A DNA stretch of 64,000 bases from Glycomyces sp. GTDB lineage: Bacteria; Actinomycetota; Actinomycetes; Mycobacteriales; Micromonosporaceae. The stretch spans positions 16,504 to 80,503 of the forward strand of contig DASTYG010000107.1 of the NCBI GenBank assembly GCA_035765105.1. Direction: 5' to 3'. Each line of letters begins with the position of its first letter. Position 1 is the stretch's first letter. Of this stretch, positions 38,334 to 48,363 are shown piece after piece. The notes under the pieces are model-generated. The model saw only the letters and a list, made by a program, of their open reading frames with translations, did not search any database and was not told where the DNA came from. Position numbers and translations under genes: made by a program.

Positions 38334-39161
38334 TCAGGGCTTCTTGGCGATGCCCGCCATCTGCGCCCGCTCGAAGGGCTCGAGGTCCTCCACGGCCGGG
38401 ACCGCCCTGCCGGGCTCCTCGGGGAACCACCGCGCGAGGTACTCCAGGCCCGGCGGCACCATCTCCAGCCCCGCGAAGTGCTCCCGCAGCCGCTCGACGG
38501 GGCGGATCCAGCCGCTGCCGAGCGTCTCCAGGCACGCCTGCGAGAGCAGGCGCTGGACCGGCTCGCCCGTGTCCGGCCAGACGGTGAGGAACAGGTGGCT
38601 GCCCGGCGCCAGCGGCCCCATGAGCGCCTTGAGGATGCCGTCGGGGTCCTCGTGCTCGCTGACCTGCACGATCGTCGCGGCGATGATCACGGCGACCGGG
38701 CGGTCGAAGTCCAGGAAGGACCGGACGTCGGGGTGGGACAGGATCGCCTCGGGGTCGCGCAGGTCGGCGGTGACGACCCGGGTGCTGTCGTCGGTGGACA
38801 TCAGGGCCCGGCCGTGCGAGAGCACCATCGGGTCGTTGTCCACGTAGACCACCCGGGCGCCCGGGTCGATCGCCTGCGCGACCTCGTGGGTGTTCGGCGC
38901 CGTGGGCAGGCCGCACCCGATGTCGATGATCTGGTCGACGCCCGCCCGGCGCACGAGGTACTCGACGCCGCGCAGCAGCGCGCGCCGGTTCTCGCGCGCG
39001 CACTCCCGGACCTGCGGGATGCGCCGGACGAAGAACTCCGCGGCGTCGCGGTCGACCTTGAAGTTGTCCTGGCCTCCCAGGACGGCGTTGTAGACCCGAG
39101 CGGTGGAGGGAACCGATCCGTCGATTCCCTGGGGCGGCCAGTCTTCGGTTGCTTCCGTCAC
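38334..39161 (-). CDS. SAM-dependent methyltransferase (DUF574/Methyltransf_19 family common in actinomycetes)
   Basis: ARVYNAVLGGQDNFKVDRDAAE and IIDIGCGLP motifs. Confidence 0.8.
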   Translation of the reverse strand: MTEATEDWPPQGIDGSVPSTARVYNAVLGGQDNFKVDRDAAEFFVRRIPQVRECARENRRALLRGVEYLVRRAGVDQIIDIGCGLPTAPNTHEVAQAIDPGARVVYVDNDPMVLSHGRALMSTDDSTRVVTADLRDPEAILSHPDVRSFLDFDRPVAVIIAATIVQVSEHEDPDGILKALMGPLAPGSHLFLTVWPDTGEPVQRLLSQACLETLGSGWIRPVERLREHFAGLEMVPPGLEYLARWFPEEPGRAVPAVEDLEPFERAQMAGIAKKP

Positions 39162-39372
39162 CGTGAAGTCCTATCGGCACACAGGGGGGAGATGAGTCCG
39201 GTACGGCCCCGCCGCGCCTGCGGGACATCACCTCAGGCTACTCCACGTCTCGTACCGGTGCGCTTGCGTGTTCGACAATGCCGTTCACCTGAGCCACAGC
39301 CTCCCCGCCGGCCCCGCCGCCCCGCGCTCGCCGTCGGCATCGACCGCGTTGCCCCGCAACCGGTTTCCCGGC

Positions 39373-40179
39373 TCACATGGCCGCGGTCATGTGCGCCTCC
39401 AGCAGGAGCGCCAGACCGGGGACGCTGCCGAGGTCCGGGTCGGCGGCGAACCGGTCCGGCCCCTCGCGCAGATGCGACCACATGGCCGTCCGGGGGCCGT
39501 CGAAGCGGTCGACCGCCGCGTCGAAGTCGAGCTCCTCGATGGCGTAGGGCGCCTTGAGCGCCTCGCCCGCGAGCAGGAACTTGCGGAAGCTGCTCCAGCC
39601 GATGTCCGGGACCGCGCTGATCTTGCCGATCGAGCCGTCCCCGCGGAAGTCGCGGTGGACGATGAAGCCGTGCGCCGCGCCGGCGCGCTCGAACTCGAAG
39701 GCCATGACCGAGTGCGGCGCGCCGCCCGATTCGAGCACGGGGGAGCAGACCCAGGCGGTCGCGGCCCGGACCGGGGCGGCGAGCAGCGGCTCCCAGGGCG
39801 GGCAGGGGACGCCCGCCGCTTCGAGGCGCCGCACCTCGGCGGCGGTGCAGTGCTTCGCGGGCCCCGAGGCGACGGTGTCGACGGCGTGGAGGAGCGCCGA
39901 GGCCGCGGCGTCGCCCTGGCGGCCGATGAGCGCCGCGAGCATCGCGAGGCCGATCGCGTCCTGGCCGCCCGGTGAGCACAGGAGCGCGGAGAGGGCGACC
40001 GCGCCCTGCGTCTCGGCCTCGAACGGGTCGGCGAGGTTGAGCAGTTGCGGCGCGGCGCCGAGTGCCTCGCGGGCGACGGGCTGCACCGTCGCGAAGGCCG
40101 CCGCCACGTCGGCGTCGCTCAACTCGTCGGACGCGATGGCGTGTGCGATGCACGGGTGCGCGCGCAGGTTCGGTTCCAT
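39373..40179 (-). CDS. Hypothetical protein
   Basis: 268-aa ORF with good codon bias; no family recognised. Confidence 0.5.
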   Translation of the reverse strand: MEPNLRAHPCIAHAIASDELSDADVAAAFATVQPVAREALGAAPQLLNLADPFEAETQGAVALSALLCSPGGQDAIGLAMLAALIGRQGDAAASALLHAVDTVASGPAKHCTAAEVRRLEAAGVPCPPWEPLLAAPVRAATAWVCSPVLESGGAPHSVMAFEFERAGAAHGFIVHRDFRGDGSIGKISAVPDIGWSSFRKFLLAGEALKAPYAIEELDFDAAVDRFDGPRTAMWSHLREGPDRFAADPDLGSVPGLALLLEAHMTAAM

Positions 40180-40417
40180 CGCTCCATTATCGGCGGGCGC
40201 CGCACCGGTCGCCCGGTGCGGCGCCCTGTCTTGACCGGAGCGCAGTCTTCGGTGCCCCCGGGGGCGGTCCGCGCCGGACCCCGAGAGTTAGTTGGATCAC
40301 TCAACATAACAACATCGGCGGCGCATTGCAACACCCGTTCGGTCCACTGCCCGCGCCGACCCGGCCGCGGGTGCGAGAATCGGGGCGACCGCACCGCCCC
40401 GAACCCAGGACCGACCG

Positions 40418-41119
40418 ATGACTCCCGACCGCACCGACGACGGCCCCCAGGTCGCCGTGGCCGAACGGCCGCGCCCCTTCGACCTCGCGCTCTTCGCCGT
40501 CACGGCCGTCGTCCTCGCCGCCACCCCGTGGATGCTCGTCGACGCCGGCACCGAGACGGCCCGCTACCGCGACCACCAGACCGGCCGCGACCTCGAAGGC
40601 CCGGCCTGGATGGGCGTCCTCGTCTTCGTCCTCCCGCTGCTGGCGTGGGCAGGGATGAAGGCGTACCACCTGATCGCCAGGCCCGCCGCGGCCGTACTCG
40701 ACCGGCGCGGCGCGCGGCTGTACCCCGAAGCCGTCGGCGGCCTCTACATGCGCAGCGGCACGCCCCGGGTGGACCTGCCCTGGGACGAGATCGACCGGAT
40801 GGTCGTGTGGCGGCTGCGAAAGCGATGGCTGGGCTGCATCCCCGGCTGGGAATCGCGCGTGGGCGTCCAGAAGACCGACGAATGGCACGAGGTGTCGCAG
40901 CGCGAGCCGACGCCCAAGCAGCGCAGCAGCCCCGCATCGCGCCGCGACGGCACCCCGGTCCGACTCGGCTCGATGCTCAAATCGCGCAGCGTGCGGCTCT
41001 CGCCGCGCGCCGCCCGGCGCCTGGCCTCGGCCGCGGAGCGGTTCGCGCCCCGCGTCCAGGTCGCCGACGAACGGGTCCCCGGCGAATCCCGCACCATCGA
41101 ACCGAAGCGCCCCGCCTAG
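40418..41119 (+). CDS. Membrane protein (2 TM helices) with a soluble C-terminal domain, function unknown
   Basis: ATG start; hydrophobic helices FDLALFAVTAVVLAATPWML and WMGVLVFVLPLLAWAGM. Confidence 0.5.
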   Translation: MTPDRTDDGPQVAVAERPRPFDLALFAVTAVVLAATPWMLVDAGTETARYRDHQTGRDLEGPAWMGVLVFVLPLLAWAGMKAYHLIARPAAAVLDRRGARLYPEAVGGLYMRSGTPRVDLPWDEIDRMVVWRLRKRWLGCIPGWESRVGVQKTDEWHEVSQREPTPKQRSSPASRRDGTPVRLGSMLKSRSVRLSPRAARRLASAAERFAPRVQVADERVPGESRTIEPKRPA

Positions 41120-41814
41120 GCGAACGCGGTGCACGGCACCGTGGACGGCAGCTCCACCTCGTCGTCGGACGCGGCCTGGAACCCCGCCCCCGCCGCCTCG
41201 CCGGGGTCCAGCTCGTCGTTCCAGCGAGCGGCCCCGTACCGGCCGCCGCCCTCGTGGCTCATGCCCCAGCTCGCGAAGACGTCCACGCCGTCGAACGCCA
41301 GCACGACCTCCCAGTCCTCGATGGACTCATCGCCGGTGTTGACCACCTCCAGCCACACGTCGAACCGCACCTCGCCCGAGTCCTGCCACTGGTTGCCCAC
41401 CCGCAGCGACGCCGTGCATGCCGCCCCGCCCCGCTCCGGCTCGGGCTCCGGCGCGGGCGCCTCGGTCTCGGGGGCCGCCGCGCTCGACTCCGGCTCCGGT
41501 TCCGGCTCGGGCTCCGGCGACGACTCGGCGGCCTCCGGCGACGGCGACGCGCTCGCGCTCCCGGCCTCCGCCGAGGCCGCGGCCGACTCGGTCGACGGCT
41601 CCTCGTCGGCGAAGTCGACCGACGCCTGGTCCTGCCACGGCCACGTCGCGGCCGCGTCCTCGTCGTCCTGGAACAGCACCGTGCCGAGCTGCCACACCGC
41701 CGCCAGCGCCGCGAGGACCGAGACCAGCGCCAGCACCTTGAGCAGGCGCCCGTGCAGCCGCCCGGTCCGCTTCGGCACCTCGCCAGTCCGCTCGTCCATA
41801 TCACCGTTCTCCAC
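41116..41814 (-). CDS. Membrane-anchored CBM2 carbohydrate-binding protein with no catalytic domain
   Basis: N-terminal TM anchor LLKVLALVSVLAALAAVW, acidic Pro/Glu linker (PEPEPEPEPE), and a C-terminal CBM2 bounded by Cys (CTASLRVGNQWQD...STVPCTAFA). Confidence 0.7.
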   Translation of the reverse strand: MENGDMDERTGEVPKRTGRLHGRLLKVLALVSVLAALAAVWQLGTVLFQDDEDAAATWPWQDQASVDFADEEPSTESAAASAEAGSASASPSPEAAESSPEPEPEPEPESSAAAPETEAPAPEPEPERGGAACTASLRVGNQWQDSGEVRFDVWLEVVNTGDESIEDWEVVLAFDGVDVFASWGMSHEGGGRYGAARWNDELDPGEAAGAGFQAASDDEVELPSTVPCTAFA

Positions 41815-42001
41815 GCCGACACCTCCGCCGCGAAACCCGCCGAAAGCCTATCCGGCCGCATCACCGCAGGATATGGAGCTGTTTCGCCCGGAAATAGGGG
41901 GGCCGTGCACGGGTACGCCTGAAATGTGACGGCCGACCGGACCACGCCCGGCTTCGCCCGGGCCGCCGCCACCGCGCCCCTCCCGGAACTACACTGAGCG
42001 G

Positions 42002-44314
42002 ATGACCGAGGCCCCCATCGACGACCCCGGCCAGGACGCGCCCGAGGTCCGCCGCCCGAAGCGCGCCGCCGCCGGGATGCCCGCCGTGGCCGGTTCGCTG
42101 CGGTTCGTCGGCGCCCAGGCCGGGCTCCGGCGCGGCCTGCCGCTGCTGCGCACGATCAACCAGGTCGGCGGCTTCGACTGCCCCGGCTGCGCCTGGCCCG
42201 AACCGGGCCACCGCCACCCCGCCGAGTTCTGTGAGAACGGCGCTAAGGCCGTCGCCGAAGAGGCCACGCGGCGCACCGTCGGCCCCGACTTCTTCGCCGC
42301 CCACCCGATGGACGACCTCTCCGGCAGGTCCGGGTACTGGCTCGGGCAGCAGGGCCGCCTCACCCACCCCATGTACCTGGCCGAAGGCGCCGACCGCTAC
42401 GTGCCCCTCGACTGGGACGAGGCGTTCGCGCTCGTCGCCGAGGAGCTCGCGGCCCTGGACGGGCCGGACGGCGCCGCGTTCTACACCTCGGGCCGCACCG
42501 GCAACGAGGCCGCGTTCCTCTACCAGCTGTTCGCCCGCCGCTTCGGCACCAACAACCTCCCCGACTGCTCGAACATGTGCCACGAGTCCTCGGGCGCGGC
42601 GCTGAGCGAGACCATCGGCATCGGCAAGGGCAGCGTCAGTCTCGAAGACCTCTGGGCCGCCGACCTCATCATCGTCGCGGGCCAGAACCCCGGCACGAAC
42701 CACCCGCGGATGCTCACCGCCCTGGAGAAGGCCAAGCGGGCCGGGGCGCGGATCGTCACCGTCAACCCGCTCCCCGAGGCCGGGATGCGGCGGTTCAAGA
42801 ACCCGCAGGCCGCCCGCGGCCTCGCCGGACGCGGCACCGAGCTGACCGACCTGTTCCTCCAGATCCGCGTCGGCGGCGACCTCGCTCTGTTCAGCGCGCT
42901 CAACCGGCTGCTGCTGCGCTCGGGGGCGATCGACCGCGACTTCATCGACCGGTACACGCAGGGCTTCGACGCCCTCGCCGCCCACCACGGCGCCGGGGAC
43001 GACGACGCGGCCATGGCCGAGGCCGAGCGGCACACCGGCCTGACCGCCGTCGAGATCGAACGGCTCCTGGCGATGGTCCTCGCCTCCGAGAAGACGGTGG
43101 TCTGCTGGGCGATGGGCCTGACGCAGCACCGCCACGCCGTGCCGACCATCCGCGAGATCGTGAACCTCCTCCTGCTGCGCGGCGACATCGGCAAGCCCGG
43201 CGCCGGGGTGTGCCCGGTGCGCGGCCACTCGAACGTCCAGGGCGACAGGACGATGGGCATCTGGGAGCGGATGCCCGACGACTTCCTCGACGCGCTCGGC
43301 GCCGAGTTCGACTTCGCCCCGCCCCGCGACCCCGGATACGACACCGTGGACACGATCCGGGCGATGCGCGACGGCCTGGTGCGCGTCTTCTTCGCGATGG
43401 GCGGCAACTTCGTCTCGGCCTCCCCGGACACCGAGGCCACGGAGGCGGCGATGCGCCGCTGCCGCCTGACGGTGCACGTCTCCACCAAGCTCAACCGCTC
43501 GCACGTCGTCACCGGCGCCCGCGCCCTGATCCTGCCCGCCTTGGGCCGCACCGACATCGACGTGCAGGCCGGAGGGGAGCAGTTCGTCACCGTGGAGGAC
43601 TCGATGGGCGTCGTCCACGCCTCCAGCGGCCAGGCGCCGCCGCTCGGCGAGCTGATGCGCTCCGAGGTGGCGATCGTGTGCGGCCTGGCGCGCAAGGTCC
43701 TCGGCGAGGACGACGACGTCCCCTGGGAGGACTTCGCGGCGGACTACGACCTGGTGCGCGACCGCATCGCGCGCGTCGTCCCCGGCTTCGAGGACTACAA
43801 CGCGCGCGCCCGCCGCAGCGGCGGCTTCGCGCTGCCGCACGCCCCGCGCGACGAGCGGGCCTTCCCCACGGCCACGGGGAAGGCGAACTTCACCGTCAAC
43901 CCGATGACCTCGCCGGAGGCCGGGGCGGGGCGGCTGCTGCTCCAGACGCTGCGCAGCCACGACCAGTTCAACACCACGATCTACGGCCTCGACGACCGCT
44001 ACCGGGGCATCCACCGGGGCCGGCGTGTGGTGCTCGTCCACCCCGAGGACGCCGCCGAACTGGGGCTCGCCGACGGCGCCTACTGCGACCTGGTGAGCGA
44101 GTGGGAGGGCACGGAGCGGCGCGCGCCGCATTTCAAGGTCGTGCACTACCCGACCGCCCGCGGCTGCGCGGCCGCGTACTACCCGGAGACCAACGTGCTC
44201 GTCCCGCTCGACTCGGTGGCCGAGACCAGCAACACCCCGACCTCGAAGTCCATCGTCGTGCGCTTCGAGCCCGACAGCGGACCGGCCGGGCGGCGAGTGC
44301 GGGCGGACACCTGA
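42002..44314 (+). CDS. FdhF/YdeP family molybdopterin oxidoreductase
   Basis: 770 aa. GGFDCPGCAWPEP and NNLPDCSNMCHESSG motifs are typical of YdeP. Confidence 0.9.
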   Translation: MTEAPIDDPGQDAPEVRRPKRAAAGMPAVAGSLRFVGAQAGLRRGLPLLRTINQVGGFDCPGCAWPEPGHRHPAEFCENGAKAVAEEATRRTVGPDFFAAHPMDDLSGRSGYWLGQQGRLTHPMYLAEGADRYVPLDWDEAFALVAEELAALDGPDGAAFYTSGRTGNEAAFLYQLFARRFGTNNLPDCSNMCHESSGAALSETIGIGKGSVSLEDLWAADLIIVAGQNPGTNHPRMLTALEKAKRAGARIVTVNPLPEAGMRRFKNPQAARGLAGRGTELTDLFLQIRVGGDLALFSALNRLLLRSGAIDRDFIDRYTQGFDALAAHHGAGDDDAAMAEAERHTGLTAVEIERLLAMVLASEKTVVCWAMGLTQHRHAVPTIREIVNLLLLRGDIGKPGAGVCPVRGHSNVQGDRTMGIWERMPDDFLDALGAEFDFAPPRDPGYDTVDTIRAMRDGLVRVFFAMGGNFVSASPDTEATEAAMRRCRLTVHVSTKLNRSHVVTGARALILPALGRTDIDVQAGGEQFVTVEDSMGVVHASSGQAPPLGELMRSEVAIVCGLARKVLGEDDDVPWEDFAADYDLVRDRIARVVPGFEDYNARARRSGGFALPHAPRDERAFPTATGKANFTVNPMTSPEAGAGRLLLQTLRSHDQFNTTIYGLDDRYRGIHRGRRVVLVHPEDAAELGLADGAYCDLVSEWEGTERRAPHFKVVHYPTARGCAAAYYPETNVLVPLDSVAETSNTPTSKSIVVRFEPDSGPAGRRVRADT

Positions 44315-44396
44315 CCCCGCTGCTCATGGGCCCCGGCCCTCGCCGGGGCATAGGCTGTGGGAGCAGCCGAGCAGCGACAGAGGGAGGCCGCCCGCC

Positions 44397-45227
44397 ATGG
44401 GACGTGTGACCGCGCGGCAGAAGGTCGTGCGCCTGTCAGGCGGACGGCGCACCGAACGCGTCGACACGCTCGTCGTCGAAGAACCCCTCGAACTGCGCGT
44501 CGGCGGCGAGTCGCTGATGGTGACCATGCGGACGCCGGGCGACGACTTCGACCTGGCGGCCGGGTTCCTCGTCGCCGAAGGCGTCGTCACCGAGGCGCGG
44601 GACCTGGCGACGATGCGGTTCTGCGCCGGGACCGACGAGCGCGGCGAGCAGACCTACAACCTCCTGGACCTCGCCCTCGCCCCCGGCGTCGCCCCGCCGA
44701 CCCCGGCGGCCAGGCGCGAGACGACCACGACCTCGGCGTGCGGGATCTGCGGCAAGACCGCGCTCGACGACGTGCGCACCAAGTCCGCCTGGAGCGTCGC
44801 CGGGGACCCGATGCGGATCGGGGCCGAAGCGCTCGCCGCCTTCCCCGACCGGCTGCGGGCCTCCCAGCGACTCTTCGACAAGACCGGCGGCCTCCACGCG
44901 GCCGGGCTCTTCACCGCCGAGGGCGAACTGCTCGTCTCCAGAGAGGACGTCGGCCGCCACAACGCCGTCGACAAGGTGGTCGGCTGGGCGCTGCGGGCGG
45001 ACCTGCTGCCGTTGCGCGGCACCGTATTGATGGTCTCGGGCCGGGCCTCGTTCGAGCTGGTGCAGAAGGCGGTGATGGCCGGGATTCCGGCGCTCGCCGC
45101 GGTCTCGGCCCCGTCCTCGCTGGCCGCCGACCTCGCCGCCGAATCGGGGCTGACCCTCACCGGCTTCCTGCGCGGGGACACGATGAACGTCTACGCCCGC
45201 GCCGACCGCATCGTGGAGGACGCGTAA
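44397..45227 (+). CDS. fdhD: Formate dehydrogenase accessory sulfurtransferase FdhD
   Basis: TSACGICGK motif, RHNAVDK, and a position immediately downstream of the molybdoenzyme gene. Confidence 0.9.
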   Translation: MGRVTARQKVVRLSGGRRTERVDTLVVEEPLELRVGGESLMVTMRTPGDDFDLAAGFLVAEGVVTEARDLATMRFCAGTDERGEQTYNLLDLALAPGVAPPTPAARRETTTTSACGICGKTALDDVRTKSAWSVAGDPMRIGAEALAAFPDRLRASQRLFDKTGGLHAAGLFTAEGELLVSREDVGRHNAVDKVVGWALRADLLPLRGTVLMVSGRASFELVQKAVMAGIPALAAVSAPSSLAADLAAESGLTLTGFLRGDTMNVYARADRIVEDA

Positions 45228-45451
45228 GCGGGGCCGAGGGCGACCGGCCGCAGTCGGGTCGGCGACAGGCGGCAGTGCTCCCTTGTTAATCGACATATCT
45301 CAATATATCCTGTCTAGACCCTCAAGAGTTCTTCATCGGAATCTTCGGTGCGGCGGCGGGACGCTCCACGTCGAGGGACCGGACCCCGGTCCCGCGGCTC
45401 CCCTGCCGTCGACGGCGGAACGCCGCCGCCGCGCCAGAACAGGAATACCCC

Positions 45452-46786
45452 ATGACACCATCCATCGGATTCGGGCCGCGGCGCGTCCTCATCGCCGCGG
45501 CCGCCGCACTGTGCCTCATTGTGGGAGCGCTCCTAGCCTTCGCGGCGCCGAACCACGCCGAAGCGCAGCAGGGCCCCGTGCCCACCGGAGAGCTGACCGA
45601 AGTGACGAACTTCGGCGACAATCCGGGCAACCTCCAGATGTACGTCTACGTGCCCGACAACGTGGACCCGAACCCGGCGCTCCTGGTGGGCGTCCACTGG
45701 TGCACCGGCTCGGGCCCCGACTTCTACAACGGCACCGAGTACGCCAGACTGGCCGAGCAGTACGGCTACATCGTCGTCTACCCCTCCGTGACGCGCAGCA
45801 GCAAGTGCTTCGACGTCGCCTCGCCGCAGGCGCTCACCCGCGACGGCGGCAGCGACCCGGTGAGCATCAAGTCCATGATCGACTGGGTCGAGTCCAACTA
45901 CGCCGTGGACGCCGACCGCGTCTTCGCCACCGGCGTCTCCTCGGGCGCCATGATGACCAACGTCCTCCTCGGCCTCTACCCCGACGTCTTCGCCGCGGGC
46001 TCGGCCTTCGCGGGCGTCCCGTTCGCCTGCTTCGCGACCACCAACGGCTCCGAGTGGAACTCCGAGTGCGCCAACGGGCAGATCGACCGCACCCCGCAGG
46101 AGTGGGGCGACCTGGTCCGCGACGCCTACCCGGGCTACACCGGCGAGCGGCCGCGCATGCAGACCTGGCACGGCACCGAGGACGACGTCCTGTTCTACCC
46201 GAACTTCGGCGAGCAGATCGACCAGTGGACCGATGTCCACGGCGTGAGCCGCACCCCCGCCCACAGCGACCGGCCGGCGGCGAACTGGGACCGCACCCGC
46301 TACGGCGACGCCGGACCCCAGGCCCCGGTCGAGGCCATCAGCGTGGAGAACGTGGGCCACAACGTGATCACCGGCGGCATGGCGCCGTACGTGATGGAGT
46401 TCTTCGGCCTCGACGAGGACGTGGACCCCACGGACCCGCCGACCGATCCGACCGACCCGCCCACCGACCCCACCGACCCGCCGGTGGACGGTGACTGCTC
46501 GGCGACCATCGATGTGGTGAACGACTGGGGTTCGGGCTGGCAGGGCAATGTGCTCATCACCGCTGGTGACAGTGCGGTCAGCGGTTGGACGTTGACGTGG
46601 TCGTGGCCTTCGGGTCAGTCGATCAGCAGTTCGTGGAATGCCGATGTCAGTGCCAGCGGTTCGTCGGTGACGGCCCGGGATGTGGGTTGGAACGCCGACA
46701 TCGCGGCCGGGCAGACGGTGAACGCCTGGGGCTTCGTCGGCTCCGGTTCGAGCGCCTCGCCGCAGATCACCTGCACCGCAGGCTGA
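45452..46786 (+). CDS. Secreted PHB-depolymerase-family esterase (CE1-like, feruloyl/acetylxylan esterase candidate) with C-terminal CBM2
   Basis: Signal peptide, LQMYVYVP...VHWCTGSG, nucleophile GVSSGAMM, PTDP-repeat linker, and CBM2 (CSATIDVVNDWGSGWQGNVLI...PQITCTAG). Confidence 0.85.
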   Translation: MTPSIGFGPRRVLIAAAAALCLIVGALLAFAAPNHAEAQQGPVPTGELTEVTNFGDNPGNLQMYVYVPDNVDPNPALLVGVHWCTGSGPDFYNGTEYARLAEQYGYIVVYPSVTRSSKCFDVASPQALTRDGGSDPVSIKSMIDWVESNYAVDADRVFATGVSSGAMMTNVLLGLYPDVFAAGSAFAGVPFACFATTNGSEWNSECANGQIDRTPQEWGDLVRDAYPGYTGERPRMQTWHGTEDDVLFYPNFGEQIDQWTDVHGVSRTPAHSDRPAANWDRTRYGDAGPQAPVEAISVENVGHNVITGGMAPYVMEFFGLDEDVDPTDPPTDPTDPPTDPTDPPVDGDCSATIDVVNDWGSGWQGNVLITAGDSAVSGWTLTWSWPSGQSISSSWNADVSASGSSVTARDVGWNADIAAGQTVNAWGFVGSGSSASPQITCTAG

Positions 46787-46882
46787 CACCGAAGCCCAGT
46801 GCACCGGCGCGACCGCCGGTGCCGAAACCCGACGCCACGTCCGCGCGCAGCGGCCGCAAACCGCTCGGGAACCACATGAGAC

Positions 46883-46917
46883 GGCGGGCCGGAGGCGCAT
46901 CACGCCTCCGGCCCGCC
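46883..46917 (+). terminator. Hairpin terminator after the esterase gene (15-bp stem, 5-nt loop)
   Basis: GGCGGGCCGGAGGCG-CATCA-CGCCTCCGGCCCGCC, read directly. Confidence 0.6.
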
Positions 46918-47119
46918 GCGTGCGAACCGCAGGATTATCTGTGGCGCTTCGTACACCGGATGCGGTCGCGCCGAGAAGTGGCTCCGACTTTGGAGGAGCT
47001 TCCAGGTCGGATCGCCTGGTATTGCCACTTGTTCGTGCCGATGCGGTGCTCTTCGCGGCCAACGGAATATGGCATGCGGTAGGTATTATGGACTCCTGAA
47101 TTAAGCACGAGGAGTTGTC

Positions 47120-47533
47120 ATGTCTCAACCAGGCAACCCGTTCGCGGACGTCCTCAAAGAAACGCTGGAGCTGTCCAAGCAGGTCCAGGCCGGTCAGGAT
47201 GCCGAACCCGATGATGAGGAGCAGGTGGTCGAGCGCGCCGAAGGACGCATCCGCGTGACCGCGGGCGCCGGCGGCGAGATCGGCATCGCCCTCGATCCCA
47301 AGGCCATGCGCCTGGGCTCTGAGGAACTGGCGCAGGAACTCACCAGCGCGGTCAACGAGGCGCTGGCCTCCCTGAGAGAACAGCAGCTGAACGCGAAGAA
47401 CCTCGACCTGGACGCCATCAACGAGCAGGTCGCCGAGCTCCAGCAGAAGGCCAGCGCACAGCTGTCTTCGTTCATGGACGGCGTCCTCCGTGCGCACGCT
47501 GCCGCGGACCGCACCGAACCGGTCAAGGAGTAG
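47120..47533 (+). CDS. YbaB/EbfC-like protein (EspL-like accessory of T7SS-type toxin loci)
   Basis: AGGAG RBS. The core AEGRIRVTAGAGGEIGIALDPKAM...ELAQELTSAVNEA fits the YbaB fold pattern. Confidence 0.7.
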   Translation: MSQPGNPFADVLKETLELSKQVQAGQDAEPDDEEQVVERAEGRIRVTAGAGGEIGIALDPKAMRLGSEELAQELTSAVNEALASLREQQLNAKNLDLDAINEQVAELQQKASAQLSSFMDGVLRAHAAADRTEPVKE

Positions 47534-47536
47534 GCC

Positions 47537-47866
47537 GTGGCGGGTTCAGTGGAGATCGATCCGGCCGTCCTCGAGGAGGTCAAGACCAGCCTCAGCGCTG
47601 CGGGCAGTGAGTTCGCCGTCATCGCCGAGGACCTCGTCGCCACAATGGAGGGATTGGCCGAGGCCTACGGCTCCGACGAGGTCGGCGGTCTCATCATGGA
47701 GATCCACCAGGAGATCCTCATGGCCTTCCAGGAGTGCCTCCAGGACGCCGGGGCCGACATCGAGGACGTCGCCGCCACGCTCGGCGACGTCGGCGCGATC
47801 ACCCAGGAGATCGACGACGTCATCGCCTCGGAGTTCGAGCACCTCCTCGGGCAGCTGGGGGGATAG
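47537..47866 (+). CDS. EspC/DUF2580- or WXG100-like small helical protein
   Basis: 109-aa acidic helical-hairpin protein starting (GTG) 3 nt after the YbaB-like stop. This is the usual second gene of this cassette type. Confidence 0.6.
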   Translation: MAGSVEIDPAVLEEVKTSLSAAGSEFAVIAEDLVATMEGLAEAYGSDEVGGLIMEIHQEILMAFQECLQDAGADIEDVAATLGDVGAITQEIDDVIASEFEHLLGQLGG

Positions 47867-47868
47867 AC

Positions 47869-48363
47869 GTGGTCATCAACCTGCCTCCCGAGCTGGGAGA
47901 GATCCTGAACATCCTCGGCTTCGACTGGCCCATGTCCAATGAAGACCAGCTCTTCGAGATGGGCCAGGAGTGGATGAACGTCGCCGGCAGGATCGACGAG
48001 CAGCTCCAAGAGGCCGCCCAGAGCGCCCAGCGGGCCTGGGCCGAGAACATGGGCGAGAGCATCGACGCCTTTCAGCAGTGGTGGGAGGCCGAGGACTCAC
48101 CCGCTCAAGCGTTGTCGAAAGCGGCGGTGGGCGCGAACCTCGGCGGGGCCGCGCTGATGATCTGCGCGGGCATCGTCCTGGCGTTGAAGATCGCCGTCAT
48201 CGTCCAACTGGTGCTCTTGGCGATACAGATCGCGGCGGCGATCGCCGCCGCCGCGGCCACGTTCGGCATCGCCAGTGCGGCGCTGCCGGGGATATACGCG
48301 CTCGGACGCAAGATCCTGGCGGAGATCCTTCAAGAGGTCGTCATGCAGCTGGCGTTGGGATAG
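47869..48363 (+). CDS. Polymorphic-toxin N-terminal delivery module (WXG100-like domain plus 2 TM helices), ended by an in-frame TAG
   Basis: GTG 47869. VVINLPPELGEILNILGFDWPMSNEDQLFEMGQEW is the N-terminal pattern of actinobacterial T7SS-associated toxins. It is followed by hydrophobic helices and ends at TAG 48361-48363, in the same frame as the next ORF. Confidence 0.65.
   Translation: MVINLPPELGEILNILGFDWPMSNEDQLFEMGQEWMNVAGRIDEQLQEAAQSAQRAWAENMGESIDAFQQWWEAEDSPAQALSKAAVGANLGGAALMICAGIVLALKIAVIVQLVLLAIQIAAAIAAAAATFGIASAALPGIYALGRKILAEILQEVVMQLALG

Noticed and set aside
46980-47119. A promoter for the toxin cassette (TTGCCA and TATTAT-like hexamers in the AT-richer leader).
   Set aside because: Several alternative hexamer pairs fit equally poorly, and actinobacterial promoters cannot be called reliably by eye. 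Only the AGGAG RBS before ATG 47120 is solid.
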